Source: Mustelus asterias (Eukaryota). From it: a stretch of 64,000 bases of DNA. Where the stretch lies: contig NW_027590123.1 of assembly GCF_964213995.1 (NCBI RefSeq), positions 1,612,001-1,676,000 on the forward strand, given 5' to 3'. Below, in pieces: positions 58,720 to 64,000 of the stretch; the first letter of the stretch is position 1, and each line of letters opens with the position of its first letter. The notes beneath the pieces are model-generated. The model was not told the origin of the DNA. It ran no database searches and worked only from the letters and a program-made list of their open reading frames with translations. Both the position numbers and the translations under genes were made by a program.

Positions 58720-60245
58720 TGATAGTTTGGGCAAAGAAGTTCCAGAAACACCTGCATGGCGGTGCAACGCATAACATCGGCCCATATCCAGCTGTGGGCT
58801 TTATTACTGTCTGCCTAACATTACCGATTGGAACACCCTCCAGGAGGCCGAATCACTAACGCAGATGCCTTGAGTTGGCTACGATTAACAGACACTTGTT
58901 GTACCCACAATGGAAGAGACGGTAATCATGAACCTTTTCAAAACTCTCCCAGTGGCTGCCAATAATGTTCAGCTGTGGAGGCACAATTACCCAGTCCTGA
59001 ACGAATTGAAGCAGCTAGTGCTGATGGGGGAATCCAAAAGGCCGTTACACCCTGAATTGCACCCATATTCGAGTGGCAGACAGCAGCTGACTGTGGAAGA
59101 TGGCACACGCCTATGGGGTTCAAGAGTGTCATCCTGAGCCAGGTTCACCATCCCATGGTGAACTTTACCATGGCCTCCAAGGAATGGCAAACTGAAGATC
59201 CTCCAGGCTGCCCAGGACGGCCGTAGACGTGGCTGCACATGGACAGTTCCGGTCGGTTCATGGGGTCTATGTTCCTTGTAATGGTAGATGCTGATTCGAA
59301 ATGGATGGCCATACACTGGGTGAGTTACTGAAACACAAGGACAAGAGTGGTGAAACTTCACACCTCTTTCTTGACACCCGGGATCCCACAGGTGTTGGTT
59401 TCTGAAAATGGACCACCCTTCATCAGTCAGGAGTTTGTGCATTAGATGAAGTTGAACAGAATTTGACATGTTAGGACAGTGTCATATTACCCATCATCCA
59501 ACGGCCTGGCAGAAAGAGCGGCCCAAACAGTAAAAACAGGTTCAGAAAGCCAGCCACAACCTCCTTGGACACCAAACCATCCAGATTCATCTTCAATTAC
59601 AGGACGACAGCACCAAGCCCCGTCCCCCCTGCAATGACTGGAATAGCCGCAGCAGGGTTCATGGGAAGATGACTCCGCCCAATGTTGAGTCTGATTTTAC
59701 TGAGGGCGGGAGGTTGCAAGGCATCAAGATGCCCAGTGCCGATCCCACCAGCCGGGAGAGACACTTAAAGGCAGGTGATAGGTTATGAGTAAAGAATCAT
59801 GGCAATGGATCCGTGTGGTTATGAGGCACGGTCGAGTCTGGAACAGGGCCAGTTTCCTATCAAGTCCGCCTGGGAGATACCATCATATGGGAATGCTTCA
59901 ATCATCTACAAGCCATGAAGCCACAAGCCATGCCTGACAAATCAATTCATAGCACACCGGGAACTTTGGAAATAATTCCATGCACTCCGGCTCCTGTCCT
60001 CCATCTCCGCCAGTGAGATACTCAGAGTCTGAAATGGACACAGTGGGTTTAGCCTCTCGACCACATTGTCACCCGATAAAGGGAATTCGGGCCACACGCT
60101 CATGCCGGAAGAGGCGAGCTCCGGTCTGCTGAACCCGACTCACTTCCGACGTTGAGCAGGAGGAACCGGACCCAGCATTGAAACTCCAAAAAAGGCTTCC
60201 AAGGCGGTCAGCCCTCGGCGGTTACTCAGACCTAGAGTGGGAGGT
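58720..60245 (+). mobile_element. Degenerate Ty3/Gypsy LTR retrotransposon internal region (end of RNase H + integrase)
   Basis: Fragments NADALS, FLVMVDA.SKW, VSENGPPF, YPSSNGLAERAAQTVK; many frameshifts. Confidence 0.75.
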
Positions 60246-61959
60246 GTGCAATGACTTCAAACAGTTTAATGAGTTGGACATGCGCAAATATGAACTACCG
60301 AACTGAGGCCTGTGAAATCTGCCCATTCAGGGAGCTCCACAGAGTGCAAGCTGCAGGGAATGAAGCACTGAGAGTTGGGGTAAGTGTGGGAGTTTAGGGA
60401 AGTGGATGTAGATGTATTGCTGTGTCTTGTGTCCCTTCCTACCCGGTCCCTTACGACCACGTCCAGTGCGGGCAGGTGTTACCCAGACATTACAGTTCAG
60501 AAAGTGATGTGGGACCAACGGAAGCAGCTGATTGGTGAGTAAGGCCTTGGAAGGGACACTGAGCGAATTTTCTGAGTAGCTCCTGCTGATGCCATAGCTT
60601 CAGGAAGGGCTCTTGATGTTTTTTTATGTTCTAGGGACCCGGGTTCGAATCCCGTTACGGCAGCTGCTGGAATTTGAATTTAATGAAAAATATCTGGAAT
60701 CAAAAATCTACTGATGACCATAAAACCATTCTCCATTGTTGGAAAAACCCATCTGGTTCACGAACGTCGTTTAGAGAAGGAAACCTGCCGTCCTTATCAG
60801 GTCTGGCCTACATGTGGCTCCTGAGCCACAGCAATGTGTTTAACTCTCAACTGCTCTCCAAGGTCAACTAGGGACAGGCAATAAATGCTGGTCAGCCAGG
60901 GACGCCCATGTCCTTCGAATGATTAAACAAACAGGTTTGTGACACTGGTTCCCTGTGCGGACGTGGGCGGGGCTGCAAAGAGGCTGAGCAACTGAACCAT
61001 AGCACGGAGGTTCAGGGAGCCATTCAAGAGGGAGGAGAAAAGGGAAATGTAGTTGTAATTGGGAATAGTTCGTCAGGGGAATAGACACTTTTCAATGTGG
61101 ACAGGATTGAGAGTCCCGAAGGCCTGATGCCCCGGTTCAGGACATCTCATCTGGGCTGCTGGGAAACATGGAGCTGGAGGGGATAGATTCAGTTGCTGTG
61201 GTCCACGTTTTTGAATTCATTGCAGATTAAATCTGAAATTGGAGTCACAGTCATAGGACCTGAATGGATTCAGTGGATTTCCAGAGCTAACGAGGGTAAC
61301 TATATCCCAGGATAGAATGGAACAGCCGGGAGAGACACTCTAACATTTGGAATTGAATCATTGGAAGATCACAGACAGGTGAAAGTTAACGCTGAGGCAA
61401 CATGGGATCGTGAGAGTTGTGTTTTAGATGACAGCACCTTTGGTGGGTAACATAGCCTCTAATGTTACAAATTAATGTGATCAGCATTGTACAGTCTTTG
61501 AATGACAGCAACTCAATCTCAGTAATAAATATATTCCACAATCCTCAATGTTGTCACGTGTTTGTTGATTTGAAGAAACTCGAAGATGAGCGATTTTGCA
61601 ATGTCAATATCCAAGAGGGGATACCACAGGGTACATATGAATGTCTTTGGGAATGTGTCATCACGGAGTTGACACAGATATTACCTGCAGAGCGAAGGGA
61701 CACATTACTTCACGCTGAAAATGTATCCGGAATTTCAAATGGTGAAGAAAATATACCAACTGATCCTTGCAGTTATTGGCGTTCCTGGTAAGTGACTGTT
61801 ACCCTTGTAGTTGTCTAAATCTGTGTGTGAGCTGCTCGATGCTGCTACTCTGTGACTGATCTAGAGGTCACCATTTTACATTGACATGATCAATGATAAG
61901 ATATACTGATCCCAGTGAACCTATCGTCAGCACAGGTGAGGTTGGAGCCCGAGGACTTA

Positions 61960-63245
61960 TCAATGATTTCATAACTCAGCATTTGGAAGGCAGTGGTAAA
62001 ATCAGACAAAGTCAGCATGGATTTACACAGGGGAAATCTTGTTTGAAGAATCTATTGGAATTTTTTGAGGATGTAACTTGTGGAGTTCACTGCGGAGAAC
62101 CAGTGGATATGGTTTATTTAATCTTTCAGAAAGCTTTCGAGAAGGTCTCACACAACAGACTGCCACGTAAAGTGAAAGCGCATTGGATTGCAGGCAATGT
62201 TTTGAGATGGATAGAAAACTGGTTAGCAGATAGAAAGCAAAGAGTTGGCAATAAATGGGCCTTTTTCTGTTTAGCAGCCAGTGCCTAGTGGGGTGCTGCA
62301 GGAATCTGTGCACGGACCCCGACTGTTCACATTATATATTAATTATTCTGAAAATGGAACTAAATGTGTTATCTCCAAATTTGCAGATGATAAAAGGTGG
62401 GTGAGGGTGAACTATGAGAAACACGCAGACATGCTTCAGTGTGATTTGAACAGGCTCAATGTGTGGGCATGCGCAAAGCAGTTGCAGTAAAATGTGGGAG
62501 CAACAATAGGAAGACAGATTATTATTTGAATGGGTGTAAATTGAGAGAAGTGGATACTCAGCGAGACCTTGGTGTCCGTATGCATCAGTAACTGAAAGTA
62601 AGCGTGCATGTACAACAGGCAGTGAAGAAGACCAATGCTATGCTTGCCTTCATAGGGAGAAGATTTGAGTACAGGAATAGAGATGTGTTACCGCAGCTGC
62701 ACAGAACATTGCTGAGGCCACATTTCGAGTATTGTGTGCAGTTTCGCTGTCCTTATCTGAGGACGGATGTCCTTGGTATAGAGGGAGTGCACCGAACGTT
62801 TACCAGGCTGATTCCTGGGATGGCAAGTCTCTGGTTTGAAGAGAGAATACGTCGGTTCGGGCTTCATTCATTGGAGTTCATTGGAGTGAAACATATATTA
62901 TTGGAACAGGTTTAGACAGGGTAGATTCAGAAAAAATGTTCCCGATGCTCAGGGAGTTGAGGACTAGGGTTCGTGGTTTGAGGATAAGCATCAACCTTTT
63001 AGAACAGAGGTGAGGAGAAATTTCTCCATTCTGATGATCTATGGACTTCAGTACCACAGAAAGTCGCTGAGGCCAAAACCTTTCGTGGTTTCAGGAAGAA
63101 ATTATATATAGCTCTTGGGGCTAAAGTGATCCCGGGATATGGGAGCAAGGGATGATCAGGATATTGAAGTTGATGATCTGCCATGATCAAACTGAATGTC
63201 GGAGCTGCCTCCATGGGCCGAATGGCCTGCTCCTGCTGTTCCTGG
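61960..63245 (+). mobile_element. Old CR1-clade LINE 3' half
   Basis: QHGFTQGKSCL, FADD, EYCVQF; multiple stops. Confidence 0.85.
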
Positions 63246-63604
63246 ATTTGAAAGTTTCTTGATTGTGAAACTGGGGTGAGTCTGAACCTGGCGTGGGCCT
63301 GAACCTCTGGAAGTGTTTGGAAATATTGATTGAGCGACGTTGGTGCGGATATGAACCTGATGTTCTGAACCAAATGGGGCTGCGCACCTAATGATATCTT
63401 GAAGACAGGTATGGTGCAAACCCAGGGTGGATTTGAAACCTGGGAGATCGCTCCACCCTCCCTCACACAAACAGCCTCAACCCCATTCCTCACCACCCCA
63501 ACTTGCCCTCAAAACACCACCCCAAATCCCTGCACTCCGTACATATTCCAAATACTCCTTATGTCCACCTGTATCCCTCATTCCCCATCCCATGAGAGAC
63601 CACT

Positions 63605-64000
63605 AGACATAAGCAGAACTCGGCCTCTCGGCCCATCGAGTCTGCTCTGCCATTCAATCATGGCTGATATTTTTATCATCCCCATTATCCCGTCTTTTCC
63701 CCATAACCCCTGATCCCCTTATTAACCAAGAACCTATCTATCTCTGTCTTAAAGACATTGGATGACCTGGCCTCCTCAGCCTTCTGCAGCAAAGAGTTCC
63801 ACAGATTCACAACTCTCTGGCTAAAAAAATTCCTCTTCATCTCTGTTTTAAAAGATCGTCCCTTTAGTCTGAGCTCTTTGCCCACTCTTCCAACCTGTCC
63901 AAGTTCTTCTGCAGCCAACCACCCCACCCCCCACCACCACCCCACCCCCCCCCCCCCCACTTCCCTTCCTCAATACTCCCTGTCCATCTACATATCTTTG
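63605..64000 (-). mobile_element. CR1-clade LINE 3' fragments
   Basis: RNFFSQRVVNLWNSL in ORF 63685-63960, plus 3' UTR. Confidence 0.8.

Overview
Repeat-rich vertebrate genomic DNA, most likely from a cartilaginous fish (shark), judging by HE1-type V-SINEs, CR1-clade LINEs with short tandem tails, and a GPR139-like GPCR. Host content: three T-cell receptor alpha/delta-type V segments with 23-type RSS. V1 (+, 1124-1990) is a pseudogene, V2 (+, 38414-38745) has an intact V exon and RSS, and V3 (-, 24263-25914) is broken by insertions and is not apparent from the ORF track. There is also a decayed tandem array of tRNA-Val genes (~11470-22720, with an inverted spacer copy at ~39235-39710) and a two-exon GPR139/142-like 7TM gene (49798-56612). 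The most notable object is a 9.6-kb, near-intact endogenous retrovirus (25915-35517). It has 607-bp LTRs differing at ~10 sites, a tRNA-Pro PBS, gag with two CCHC knuckles, retroviral pol (tether + RNase H + IN), and an intact env whose architecture resembles a class I F-type fusion protein (lokiretrovirus-like) rather than a gamma/epsilon SU-TM. The provirus lacks a target-site duplication and sits where the V3 leader exon should be. The remainder is nested CR1-clade LINEs, SINEs, Penelope-derived hammerhead-containing fragments, a Gypsy relic and minisatellites. All calls come from manual reading; no searches were run.
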